19,677 bases of DNA, from the NCBI GenBank assembly GCA_023515725.1, contig JALDTO010000174.1, forward strand, positions 1-19,677, given 5' to 3'. The notes beneath the pieces were generated by a model. That model was not told where the DNA came from. It saw only the letters and a program-made list of their open reading frames with translations, and searched no databases. Positions 1-11,703 of the stretch are shown piece after piece; within the stretch, counting starts at the first letter, position 1, and the number at the start of each line of letters is the position of its first letter. This DNA comes from Amoeboaphelidium protococcarum X5. Taxonomy: Eukaryota; Fungi; Aphelidiomycota. The position numbers and the translations under genes are program-made.

Positions 1-173
1 AGGCTAGCAAGGAGGAGTTTGAGAGCAAGCAGAAGGAGCTGGAAGGTACTGCCAACCCAATCATGACCAAGCTGTACCAAGCCGGTGGAATGCCTCAAGG
101 TGCTGCTCCAGGCGGTGCTCCAGGTGCACCTCAGCCAGACACCACCGGTCCATCTGTTGAGGAAGTTGACTGA
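1..173 (+). CDS. HSP70: Cytosolic Hsp70, C-terminal fragment (5' partial)
   Basis: The frame from nt 3 reads [56 protein letters not shown] followed by TGA (171-173). [12 protein letters not shown] and the terminal EEVD are diagnostic of eukaryotic cytosolic Hsp70. Confidence 0.97.
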   Translation, partial: ASKEEFESKQKELEGTANPIMTKLYQAGGMPQGAAPGGAPGAPQPDTTGPSVEEVD

Positions 174-475
174 TATTCTCACTGAATAAACTGAATTTAC
201 TGAATATGGCAAATGAAAGTGGCTGAATAAATATAATAATAATAACTCATGATTCTTGTTAATATGTTTACATTTATTTTCTTAGTTGATACAACAGTTC
301 CATTCACTATAGTGATGACACGCGTTATTAATTTGCTTCCTCATTGCTCAACAAACTACTTCACTCGCTCACTCTCTCCCTCTATCGCTGTCGAAATCGC
401 CCGCCCGACTTTACACGCGTCAATCGCTTTGAACCACACTGTAAATAGTAATTGCTATACAATTTGGTGGTGGAT

Positions 476-627
476 TTAACTTTAACTGATTGAAATTATC
501 AAGCGCTGGACAATGACAAAGTTGCTTATATCATGGTGCCGTTTATACTAAGAACTGGTTGCATAATGAAAATTTTAAAGTAGAGCCTTGAAGAGTCATG
601 ATTATAAACTATTAGGCTGTGATGACA
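476..627 (+). repeat. Diverged direct repeat, copy 1 (~155 bp)
   Basis: Aligns by eye to 1074-1232 (shared blocks ttaactttaactgattgaaa, ttgcttatatcatggtgccgtttata, gagccttgaagagtcatgatta); roughly 80-85% identity with one 1-nt and one 6-nt indel. Confidence 0.93.
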
Positions 628-1073
628 GTCTGAGTTGGACAATCACAAGGTTACGGTATAATAACGCTCTTATTTCTAACACAATGGGCAGTCTCTTTGT
701 CGTCATGATATGGCCATCTTACAACTGATGTTCACTGCTCGTTCTTTCTACAGTATTTAGTCAAGTTTAATTAAGCTATAGAATGCTTCTACGTGAAGAA
801 ACTTTATTGGCCTCTGATCTTTATTAGATGCTATAACGTGTTCGTTAGCCTTTTCTACCTTTACACCAATAGCCATTAGAGTGTAGAATGCCCGATTCTA
901 TTTAAAAGACGATCAAAGAGCTCAGATTAGTTGCGTTGTTTTATGCGTCTCAGTATATGTTGTAAAAGACTTACAAGCTGATGCTTTCCAACCAAGTTGT
1001 ACAGCGCTGCACAGCTAAACTAATCGAGAGCCTTAATGCACAAGTAGGTGATTACATAATACGAGATTAATGA
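477..1073 (+). pseudogene. Possible decayed coding sequence; contains a 96-aa table-6 ORF at 783-1073
   Basis: One + frame has only two internal TGAs (567, 726) before TGA 1071. ATG 783 gives MLLREETLLASDLYQMLQRVRQPF...GDYIIRDQ*. No homology recognised. Confidence 0.3.
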
Positions 1074-1232
1074 TTAACTTTAACTGATTGAAACTATCAA
1101 GTGCTGGACATTGATGTAGTTTGCTTATATCATGGTGCCGTTTATATTAAGTACTTGTTGCATAACGCAAATTAGAAATTCAAAATTGAGCCTTGAAGAG
1201 TCATGATTAGAAACCACTAGGCTGTAACGACA
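1074..1232 (+). repeat. Diverged direct repeat, copy 2
   Basis: Second copy of 476-627, offset by about 600 bp. Confidence 0.93.
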
Positions 1233-1616
1233 ATACAAACTGAATAAAGGGGAAGATAGTAAACGTTTCATCTAATTTAGAGCTTGAGTATTATGTTGTC
1301 AAGTTATAACGCGGTCTTTGACTGGCTCTAAAAGATAGTATGACTTTTGATAATCAGCCATCAACTTTAGTTCTAATGGTGCAATCGTTTCACTGAATTG
1401 CATAAAGCCTGCACGTTTCACTTTCTCTCCCTCTCTGCCTCTGTCTCTGATTCGTTTTAATCCGCCGAGGCTTGTCTGTCAGAGTTAACGTGTGAGATCC
1501 AAAAGCTTTTCCTTCCCGGTGCGCGCGCGTCGCTCTTTTTTATCTTCCTCTCAAGGAAACTTTCTTCCTTACGATCTTCAATTACCCGAACACGTATTAT
1601 TAATTCCAAAGGGAAG

Positions 1617-3079
<1,463 letters not shown>

Positions 3080-3280
3080 ACCTGAATAGTTGGGAGTGGT
3101 ATCAGTAGGATGAGAGTTTGCATTTACTAAGTTTAATCAAGTACGCGCGTAATAATAAAGTGAGTGATCAATTACTTTAGTTTCATCTTGTCTTTCTCTC
3201 TCTATTTCACCTTTAGGAAGCCTCAATCAATTGAAATCTAAAACTCTCTATAGCGTTAAAGTTTACATTATAAGTAAAAA

Positions 3281-3886
3281 ATGTAGTAATTTAATGTTGG
3301 ACATGTATTCTCTTGGAGCGATTGTGAATAGATTATTTAAAGTGAAGCATTTGAACTGTTTAAGCGAACGCCGGCCCAACTTGAAGATTACCGACGATGG
3401 ACAATATAAACACTGGATAGATACGCTTCCACCGATGATTATATAAAGCATGTCGTTTTAGGATGGGATGTGAAAGAAGAGGCAGTTGATACTAGTCAAT
3501 CAACTAACGGTTTATTGAATCTGTTGAACGTGCAACCTCAGGATGCTGTTACTACTACTCCCAACTCTGCTTATTAAATAGCCCTTAGATTAGTCGCATA
3601 TCGCCGTTTCGAATCCCAATCTATGCTGTAACAAGATCGCCTTTAGGTAATCCTCAAGTTTAATGATTTTCCGTACAAATTTGAAGCTGGCATTCTACAT
3701 TACTGTCTCTGGTCTAACCAAGATCTTTCACGCAATTTCATAGAGTAATACATTGATGAAGCCTTTGATAGTCGTGTGTATGATATTTTATGGTTCATGA
3801 ATCCGCCTCACAAGAAAACGATCAAAAACGTCTGGCACGTTCACATTTTACTAAGGAAATGTTCTAGTGATCATACAGGTGTTTGA
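3281..3886 (+). CDS. GIG1/DUF3605-family (HIT-like) protein, 201 aa
   Basis: TGA-free frame beginning ATG-TAG-TAA: FSWSDCEQII, KRTPAQLEDYRRW, DYIKHVVLGW, NDFPYKFEAGILHYCLWS, WFMNPPHKKTIKNVWHVHI. These match recalled DUF3605 motifs (NDxPY, WFxN, HxH). Absent from the standard-code ORF track. Confidence 0.85.
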
Positions 3887-3939
3887 TTATTAGTTGATCG
3901 AGAATATGCAAAGACATCATCATATTTATAATCTATATA

Positions 3940-5547
3940 TCATTGTAGTTTACTCATTTCCAATGCTAGCCATTTTAAATATTTTTCTTGTGTCATATTG
4001 CACTCTTTGAACTCATTCACCAGGCAGTGGAGCGTGAGGAAATCAAACTGTCGACGCGTCTCAACTATTTTCGATCTGATCTCACTCTGAGACTTTGTTG
4101 CAATCAATTCATGCTGTATTAGAGTAAGATATGCCAAACAGACTCGGAACAAATGTATATCACCATGAAGTAGATAAAGGTCCATAGTTCGGAGACATAG
4201 ATCAATTGGAAGCACATTAGAGCATACTGATTGCAGCAAGTCAACAATGAATTCAAATCCAACGTCAAATTTGACCAAGTGAGTATACAACTCAGGCGCG
4301 TACTAAGCTACAAATAAACCAAATACTTTAATGTGTGCTTATTTAGAACTTTATAGTTGCTAATATTCACCGTGATAGACAGCTTGAAAGAGCGGTTACC
4401 GCAACAGATGGCTTACTATACGGACAGTTTCAACAGGATCTGCAGTTACCATTTAAACAAGTTTAACCAGTTGCAAGTGATTACGCTGAACAATAAATGA
4501 TTCTGATTACCTCGTCATTGATGCAATAACGTGTATCACTTCCTCATCCACAGTAATACTATCATTGACGCGTAGACATTATTATCGCACTTGATCCAAG
4601 AATTCAGATGATTATATAATTTCATTCATCTACCGAATATGCATCGCAGTCTTATATTCTCCACCACAGCAATGCAGGATCCAAACTTGCTTGCGAACAT
4701 CACTCGGCAATGTAAGATCCCAGACTTTATGCATCCTCCTACTGCTTTGTAGCTGTTTAAAGTTTGGTATACCAGTCTACAACCACCATTTAGATGCCTG
4801 TTCTAATCGCTTCTGGAATCTCTTCTCACTTCTCAGGGAGCTCAATTTACGCCTCTATTACAGCTTTTAGAGTCGCTTGTACTCCCTCAAGTGTTTATCA
4901 TCCTCACTCTTACTTTTAGGTGGTAGATTCCGCTATCGTGTCTTGGATACAAAATCTTGCAATGACGGACTAGATACAAACTTTCGCTCCGATACCTTAT
5001 GTCTACTACCTTTACCGCAATGGATGTCTGCTTACGATGTTGATGAAGATGTTTAATACTTTACATCAGATAGTAATGGTGGTGAATTCATTGGAGTAGA
5101 GACTGGAATCTCTTCCATATCGAAATCTTGAATAAACGCCTAATTAGTTGATGGAGGCATCTTGATAGATAATGCACCGCTGGTGGAATATACTTAATGC
5201 GTTTACTAATCTTGATCATGAGCATTATCTATATGCGATTGATACTTATCATCCAGACTTACATCTGATAACTATGCAGACAGTTGACCATCGCTTCTAA
5301 AACTTTATACAGATGGTGAATTACGCTCTTGGGATCTACTTCTCACTTTAGCGGAACTTGATTATTATTACTATTATTATTACTACTACAAGTTTGCAGA
5401 TGACTACTAGGACTACATTAATTCAGCCGCTCTTATGTCCAAACTTGAAAGACTTGATATACTCTATCGATTGCCAGACTTGATATTGTTAACGTTCCTC
5501 TTCTTACTCAGTATCATTGTCCCTTTACTAACATCTTTCTTATCCAT
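3940..5547 (-). CDS. TBC (Rab-GAP) domain protein, TBC1D12/14-like, divergent; 535 aa
   Basis: Single TGA-free frame from ATG 5547 to TGA 3940. TRQRNLPPKSKSEDDKHLREY resembles the TBC1D12/14 LPxKxxxExxKH motif; also LPSDVRKQVW, PELYTHL, LPIDLCLRTMDLYLLHGDIHLFRVCLA. Low-complexity S/Q-rich N-terminus. Confidence 0.82.
5362..5388 (-). repeat. Poly-glutamine tract (Q9) encoded only by TAA/TAG
   Basis: The minus strand reads TAG TAG TAA TAA TAA TAG TAA TAA TAA, in frame within the TBC ORF. Confidence 0.88.
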
Positions 5548-5948
5548 ATCTCTAATATAATATTAATGCAGATATTAATACAGTGGTAGAATAATATATT
5601 ATATAAAGTTAAAATTGAACTACTCAAAAGCGAATCCTTCAACTTGTAACACTATCGTAATAAAGTGCAGACAGTAATGAGATAAAGAGGGTGAGTGAAT
5701 GAAGACTTGCGCTATAATTGCTCAAACAAGTCTGTAACGGTTAGAACGCAATTTTCACGTAATTATAGACTTTATACTTGAGATGATTATATCTTGAAAA
5801 CTTTTAACATAAATTCCAAATCAGACATTTTAATCCTTTAAAAGCTCATACAGAATATTGAGTTGATCGAAACTTTAAAATCTTGATTGACATTCTCTAG
5901 GGCGATCTCTCCTTTTTGGGCTTTCCATCAACAACGTAAATATTGATT

Positions 5949-7836
5949 ATGACTGAAGGAAATTAGTAATAACAGAAATCGGCGGGTAAGTTGATAATAT
6001 TTACAGTAAATTATAGCGACTATATATCACGTCACTTGTATTGTAGCTATATTGTCAGTGTCTGATAAGACTGGCCTAGTTCCATTTGCTGAGGGATTGT
6101 CTAAGCATGGTGTTGAACTATACGCGTCAGGTGGTACGTTTAAATGTCTATAACAGGCTGGTATTCCAGTGAAGGAAGTGTCAGAATTGACTCAGGCTGC
6201 GGAGATGCTTGGTGGAAGGGTCAAGACTCTGCATCCGGCTGTACATGGTGGCATATTGGCAAGGAGAGACATGGAGCAGGATCGCAAAGACATGTAGGAT
6301 CGCGGCTTCCAGTACATTGATTATGTGGTGTGCAACTTGTACCCATTCGAGAAAGTGGTGGCGCAGGCTGGTGAATCTCTGTCGATGGAGACTGCTATTG
6401 AAGAAATTGATATTGGAGGTGTGACGTTGCTGAGGGCGGCGGCCAAGAATCACAATCGCGTCACTATTGTCACTGATGTCAAGGATTATGGTAAGGTGCT
6501 GTAAGAGCTGACTAATGAAGGATAAGTTTCCACCACTTTAAGATAGACGTTGGCATTGAAAGCTTTTGAGAGAACGGCGAGTTATGATCAGCATATATCT
6601 GAATTTCTCTCTACCAGATTTGCTGACTCTAATCAGTTGATGAAACTGCGCTATGGTGCTAATCCACACTAGTAATCTGCTTCAGTGTCTATTGCCGGAT
6701 AACAATTGCCGTTTAAGGTGCTGAATGGAAGTCCGGGTTATATTAATCTGTTGGATGCGTTAAATTCTTGGTAGTTGGTGAAGGAACTTGGCTAAGCCAC
6801 AGGAATTTGTGCTGCTGCATCGTTCAAGCATGTTAGTCCAGCCGGAGTAGGATTAGGCCTCCCATTGTCTGATGATGAGCGCATCGTCATGCAGGTTAGT
6901 GATATGAGCGCGTTGAGTCCAATGGCTAGTGCTTATGCTCGTGCACGTGGTGCTGATAGAATGAGCAGCTTCGGCGATTGGATTGCCCTGAGTGGCCGCT
7001 GTGATTTAGATACTGCCAAATTGATTGGCAAAGAGGTTAGCGATGGTATCATTGCAGCTGGCTATGATGCGGAGGCACTGGAGATATTGAAGAAGAAGAA
7101 GGGCGGCAAGTATTGTGTGCTGTAGATGGATAGTAGTTATGAGCCGGCTAATGCGGTCGAGAGTCGCGATGTTTATGGACTGCGTCTGTCTTAGTCTAGA
7201 AATGGCGCTTAATTCTCCTCTGAACTTGTCAAGAGTTTTGATGTATTGTCCAAGTGCACTGATATCAACGACGCGGCCGCTAGAGATATGCTGGTGGCTG
7301 TAATTGCTTTAAAGTACACGTAGTCTAATAGTGTCGCATTTGCACATAATGGTATGATTGTTGGATTAGGTGCTGGTTAGTAAAGCAGAATTCATTGTAC
7401 GCGGTTGGCTGGGTCTAAGGCTGATTGTTACTGGCTCAGGTATCACCCTAGAGTGTTAGCTATGAAGTTCAAGCAGGGAATTAAGAGGGCGGACATTTCG
7501 AATGCCATCGATTTGTATGTTAGCGGTGAAGTGTAAACTATGCCTAAGAATGGAGTAGAGTATAATGAGTGGGTGTCCAAATTTGATGAAGTAAGTGGAC
7601 CACCGGCATTGCTGACTGAGGCTGAAAGATAGGATTGGTTGAATAAGAGACGTGACGTCGTCTGTGCCTCTGATGCCTTCTTCCCATTCCCTGATAATGT
7701 ACACCGTGCTCATAGAAGTGGTGTCAAGTATATAATTGCGCCAACTGGAAGCGTTCAGGATTAGTAAGTTATCTCTGCAGCGGATGAGTACGGCATGGTT
7801 TACGCCAAGAACTCATTTAGACTGTTCCATCATTGA
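5949..7836 (+). CDS. ATIC: Bifunctional AICAR transformylase/IMP cyclohydrolase (ATIC, ADE16/17, PurH); exons 5949-5985, 6047-7836; 608 aa
   Basis: [101 protein letters not shown] and the terminal RLFHH-TGA. Confidence 0.98.
5986..6046 (+). other. Spliceosomal intron of ATIC (61 nt, phase 1)
   Basis: GTAAGT...TATTGTAG; removal joins [20 protein letters not shown] in frame. Confidence 0.88.
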
Positions 7837-7988
7837 AGGATATTTGTACCTAAAGACATACGTATTAAATGGTGGATTGCATAGATCAAAGCGACAATGT
7901 AAGAGATTCAGGCTAATAAAGATTGAAGAATTAAAAATTATTAAGTCCATATATTTTACCTTGACTTTAGGAATACCAATTAAACAGG

Positions 7989-9602
7989 TCACTATCCGCC
8001 CATAACACAGGCGATAAGAGCTGCACCTACACCACTACCATCTCTGGCCAATTCAAGTTTGATATTATCAGCAGCGATACCGAATATTTCGCGCAAAGCA
8101 TCCAACATTCTATTCTTAAAGTGAGGATAGAATTCAAAGACTGAGCCGTCAATAGCCACAGTGCATCCACTCAAACGGTTCATCTGAGCGATAACACCAC
8201 CGACACAGGCAGCGGACAGTCGTGCGGCACGGATACCAACACACTCACAAACTCTCTTTACAATACGCCTATCTTCAACACTGGTAGAATCAGGACCCAG
8301 GCACATCAGATCCTCAAGAACCCACTTTGTATCGCTCAAGTCCTGGCTGTGATCACGCTCAATTCGCGACATGAACAGCGTAGTGAAAGAGTATGAATGC
8401 ATAAACTTGCTAGCCTCAATCTCTCCAGAGTTGAACAAATGTCCATTAGATGCCAAATCCAAGATGATGTAGCGCACAATCTCACCCATGTAAAGACCAC
8501 TGACCATCTTTTCCAGCGTTTATGCACCAGGATTCTCGCTCGCAGCATCCAACATTCTATCATACTTACTTATAGGCAACACGACTCCTTCATTATCAAA
8601 GTTGCCCCACTCGATATTAATAACCATTCGCTTAGGCTCATTATCATCAAAGAAGCGAACATTTGGCGGAGTGTCCTTCTTCATGTAATGCGACTCCCAC
8701 TTTTTTATATTATCCATACTCTCCACGTATGCAGCATTAGTTCCCGTGCCCAAGATGACACCCACCATGGTCTCGCCGTCCTGATAGCAATGTGCCACCA
8801 GCGTACCGACAGTATCATTCACAATCGCAACAATCTTGATATTAAGATTCCTCTTGGCAAAAGCATCACGCATCATAGCCACAACATCATTACCCAGCGT
8901 TCCCTTGACTTCAAATCCCTTATTCCAGTTCATCAGGATACCAGAATCCAAAGATGTCTAGTCCACAGGGAATGAGAAGGTGAAGCCAAGCAGTAGAGGC
9001 TAACCATCAGCATTAGGCTTGATCATGTTCTCATCCAGGAATTCTTTGGTACAGTCAGCAATGTAGCCAAACAGAGCATCACTATCAGATACTTTGTACT
9101 CATCACTCAACACATACTTCTTCTACCTCAACCTGAACTTCCCGGAGCCTTCAAGAGCAACTTCACACACGCGCAAGTTGGTGCCACCGAGATCCAAGGC
9201 CAGATAAGTGCCAGTCTCCATACCGGCAGGCAGTTTAGTGACGAAAGATGGTAGAGCTTTCAGCGTCTGGCCGTGCTTACTCAATCCAGACTTTAACTCG
9301 GCGACAAAGTGCTTGATAATCTCATGCAATTAAATGGTTGATATTCTAAAAGTATTACCGATTTCTCTAACAGCCAAATCTGCACCATTCAATTACGCGC
9401 TTCTACTAGACGGCAGAGAGCGTCGTCTATTGGAAGACAGGTCGAACTATGGCCAGAGATGGTCGAACAAAGAGAACCAGCTTCTACCACCAGATGAACG
9501 TTTTCGGAGCAGCGATAGCGGGATAACAGCAGCGAATGAACCTGCTAAAAGTCCAAGCCAAAAAGCTCTCGATTAAATCAACGCAGATAAAGTCTAAGAC
9601 AT
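7989..9602 (-). CDS. HXK: Hexokinase with N-terminal hydrophobic anchor; 537 aa
   Basis: One TGA-free frame: ALDLGGTNLRV, LGFTFSFPVDQ, WNKGF, IVNDTVGT, ILGTGTNAAY, NIEWG, NPGAQTLEKMVSGLYMGE, IDGSVFEFYPHF, DGSGVGAAL. Ends GG-TAG-TGA. Joins three fragments of the ORF track. Confidence 0.96.
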
Positions 9603-10413
9603 TTCTAAATAAATTTCTAAATATGTTTAATCAGAATGTGTTGACAGGAGAGTGATTGGATGATTGGATAGAGACTGGTCAAAGGTGATTCCAGCGTTGT
9701 CGCGCAGCACAAATTTTGGTTCTCACGCTTTCTATCGCGCGTCCGTGTTTACGATGTTTCGGTTTATCTGAACGATGATTTGTTTACGGCTCCGGGGTAC
9801 CGACCGTACTGCAGCGATTGATCGAGGCTACTGTAGTAAGTGCTGTAGACTCTATAAAAAGACGGTAATTGGCCAAATAGATTTACTTACTATAAACATC
9901 AGGGTCCAAAGTCCACTAAATGTAAAGCGATATACGTGATCAACCAGTCATCCGTCACCTCAAATGTTTAATCGCCTAGGTAAAAGATATGATGTTAATT
10001 GAATAAGTTAGGGATTGCTTGATTTCTAAAACATCGTTCTACACCAAAATTACATGTATCATGACATGGATGTTTTATAGTAAAAAGCTATCTCTCCATG
10101 GTGGATTGACGGAGCTCCATCTATTCATCTTAAACTCTACCGATCGCCTAAAAGCTAAAGTCACCTCACCATTGTTGCACATCCATAAAATTTATTTATA
10201 CGCGTAGGTTCTCTTGTAACAATCGAATCAAACGGCACCGCCAATCTTTCTCGCTTCGGTCTCTTGCCTGTTAAGGTTGCCGCCGTTGTTCCTCATTCCA
10301 TTGAGCCATTCAACTCCTATCGCTTCAACCAACGACGACGACGACGACGATATCTCTCTGTCTCTCAGCATTTGATAACTTCTCCTTCCTCCTCTCTCTC
10401 TTCTCTTTTTATC
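9603..10413. promoter_or_regulatory. Divergent promoter region between hexokinase and aspartate aminotransferase
   Basis: Head-to-head genes. Tandem CCAAT boxes on the minus strand (ATTGG at 9655 and 9663), CCAAT at 10241, CGCG motifs at 9736 and 10200, CT-rich tract at about 10352-10410. Confidence 0.55.
10332..10350 (+). repeat. (ACG)6 microsatellite upstream of the aminotransferase
   Basis: acgacgacgacgacgacga seen directly. Confidence 0.85.
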
Positions 10414-11703
10414 ATGAGTCGTCCGTCATCTTCATAATCATCATCATCATAAAGAGATTCAGATATGTCTGCTAGAGTTAAATTGTTTTCCAAGGTTCCG
10501 CTGGCTGCTCCTGATCCAATATTCCACCTGAATGCCCAGTATAAGGCGTGCACTAGTCCGCTAAAGATAAATTTGGGTATCGGTGCCTATCGTAATAATG
10601 AAGGTAAGCCGTGGGTTCTGCCTGCTGTTAAGATGGCAGAGAAAAAGATTGTGGACTCTATAATGAAGGATCAGTTGGATCATGAGTATCTTCCTATTGA
10701 GGGATCAGAGAAGTTCTGTGAATTTAGTAGCAAGTTTATATTGGGTGAGAACTCCCCGATGAAGGTGGCCGCTGTCCAGGCATTGAGTGGTACTGGTGCT
10801 TTGAGAGTCGGTGCAGTGTTCTTGGAGAGATACCGAAAGGCCACTGTGTATGTGAGTAATCCAACTTGGGGTAATCACAACAACATTTTCAAGGATGCTG
10901 GCTTGGATGTAAAGCAGTATCGCTACTGGGATGATAAGAATAACAAGCTGGACATTAACGGTATGCTGTAGGATATTCAGAGCGCTCCAGATGGATCCAT
11001 TATTCTGTTGCATTCCTGTGCTCATAATCCATGTGGTATTGATCCTACCTAGGCTGAGTGGAAGAGTATTGCAGAGGTGATCAAGAAGAAGCAGCACTTG
11101 AGTTTCTTTGATTCGGCATACCAAGGCTTCGCTTCAGGTGATCTGGACAAGGATGCTTATAGTGTTCGCCTGTTCACTCGTGAGTATGGCCTAGAAGTTA
11201 TGATTGCTTAGAGCTATTCCAAGAACTTTGGTCTGTATAATGAACGTGTTGGATGTTTGGTCGTTGCCCACTCTGGCGATAATGACACTAGCAAGGCGAT
11301 CAAGAGTCAACTGGCTAGAATCGCAAGACCAATGTACTCTAATCCACCTGCTCATGGTTGCAGAATCGTGACCACCGTTCTGTCTGATCCTGAGCTGTAC
11401 AAGGAGTGGAGCAATAATGTTAAGACTATGGCTGGTAGAATTAACAAGATGAGACATCGTGTGGTGGAAGAGCTGAAGAATTTGGGTACTCCTGGTGATT
11501 GGTCTCACGTTACCACGCAGATTGGAATGTTCTCTTACACCGGCCTCAAGAAGGAGCAGGTCGCCTTGATGAAGGAGAAGTTTCATGTGTATTTGAGCGA
11601 TAATGGCAGAATTTCGATTGCAGGTCTGAATGATAGCAATGTTGCTCATTTTGCTAAAGCCATCGACTATGCAGTTAAAAACACCTAGAAGTCCAACCTA
11701 TGA
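10414..11703 (+). CDS. AAT2: Aspartate aminotransferase, cytosolic type (AAT2/GOT1); start at 10414 (429 aa) or 10465 (412 aa)
   Basis: APDPIF, NLGIGAYR, KPWVLP, VQALSGTGAL, AHNPCGID, FDSAYQGFASGD, the PLP-lysine motif AQSYSKNFGLYNER, YSNPPAHG, QIGMFS, GRIS. Ends TQKSNL-TGA. Confidence 0.97.

Noticed and set aside
732-1163. ~143-aa minus-strand table-6 ORF
   Set aside because: No recognisable motif; with a single stop codon, ORFs this long arise easily by chance.
471-1232. TRIM/LTR element (both repeat copies can be drawn TG...CA)
   Set aside because: No target-site duplication, primer-binding site or polypurine tract at the expected positions.
476-1243. Box C/D snoRNA pair, e.g. U14 next to Hsp70
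   Set aside because: Only partial box matches (ATGATTA, CTGA); copy 1 lacks a 5' box C; no U14 domain A/B or rRNA guide recognised. An Rfam search would settle it.
8397-8975. 192-aa + strand ORF and similar antisense or off-frame ORFs in the track (e.g. 1901-2233, 10705-11124, 11191-11649, 15467-15772, 17030-17362, 19331-19645)
   Set aside because: They are shadows of well-supported genes on the other strand or frame and show no protein motifs.
3281-9602. GlcNAc-utilisation cluster (GIG1-like gene plus variant hexokinase)
   Set aside because: The genes are separated by two unrelated genes, and no deacetylase, deaminase or transporter is present in the window.
9770-9945. Small ORF or structured RNA in the hexokinase-AAT intergenic region
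   Set aside because: Only a ~55-codon motif-less ORF and 7-8 bp stems with G-U pairs, both at chance level.
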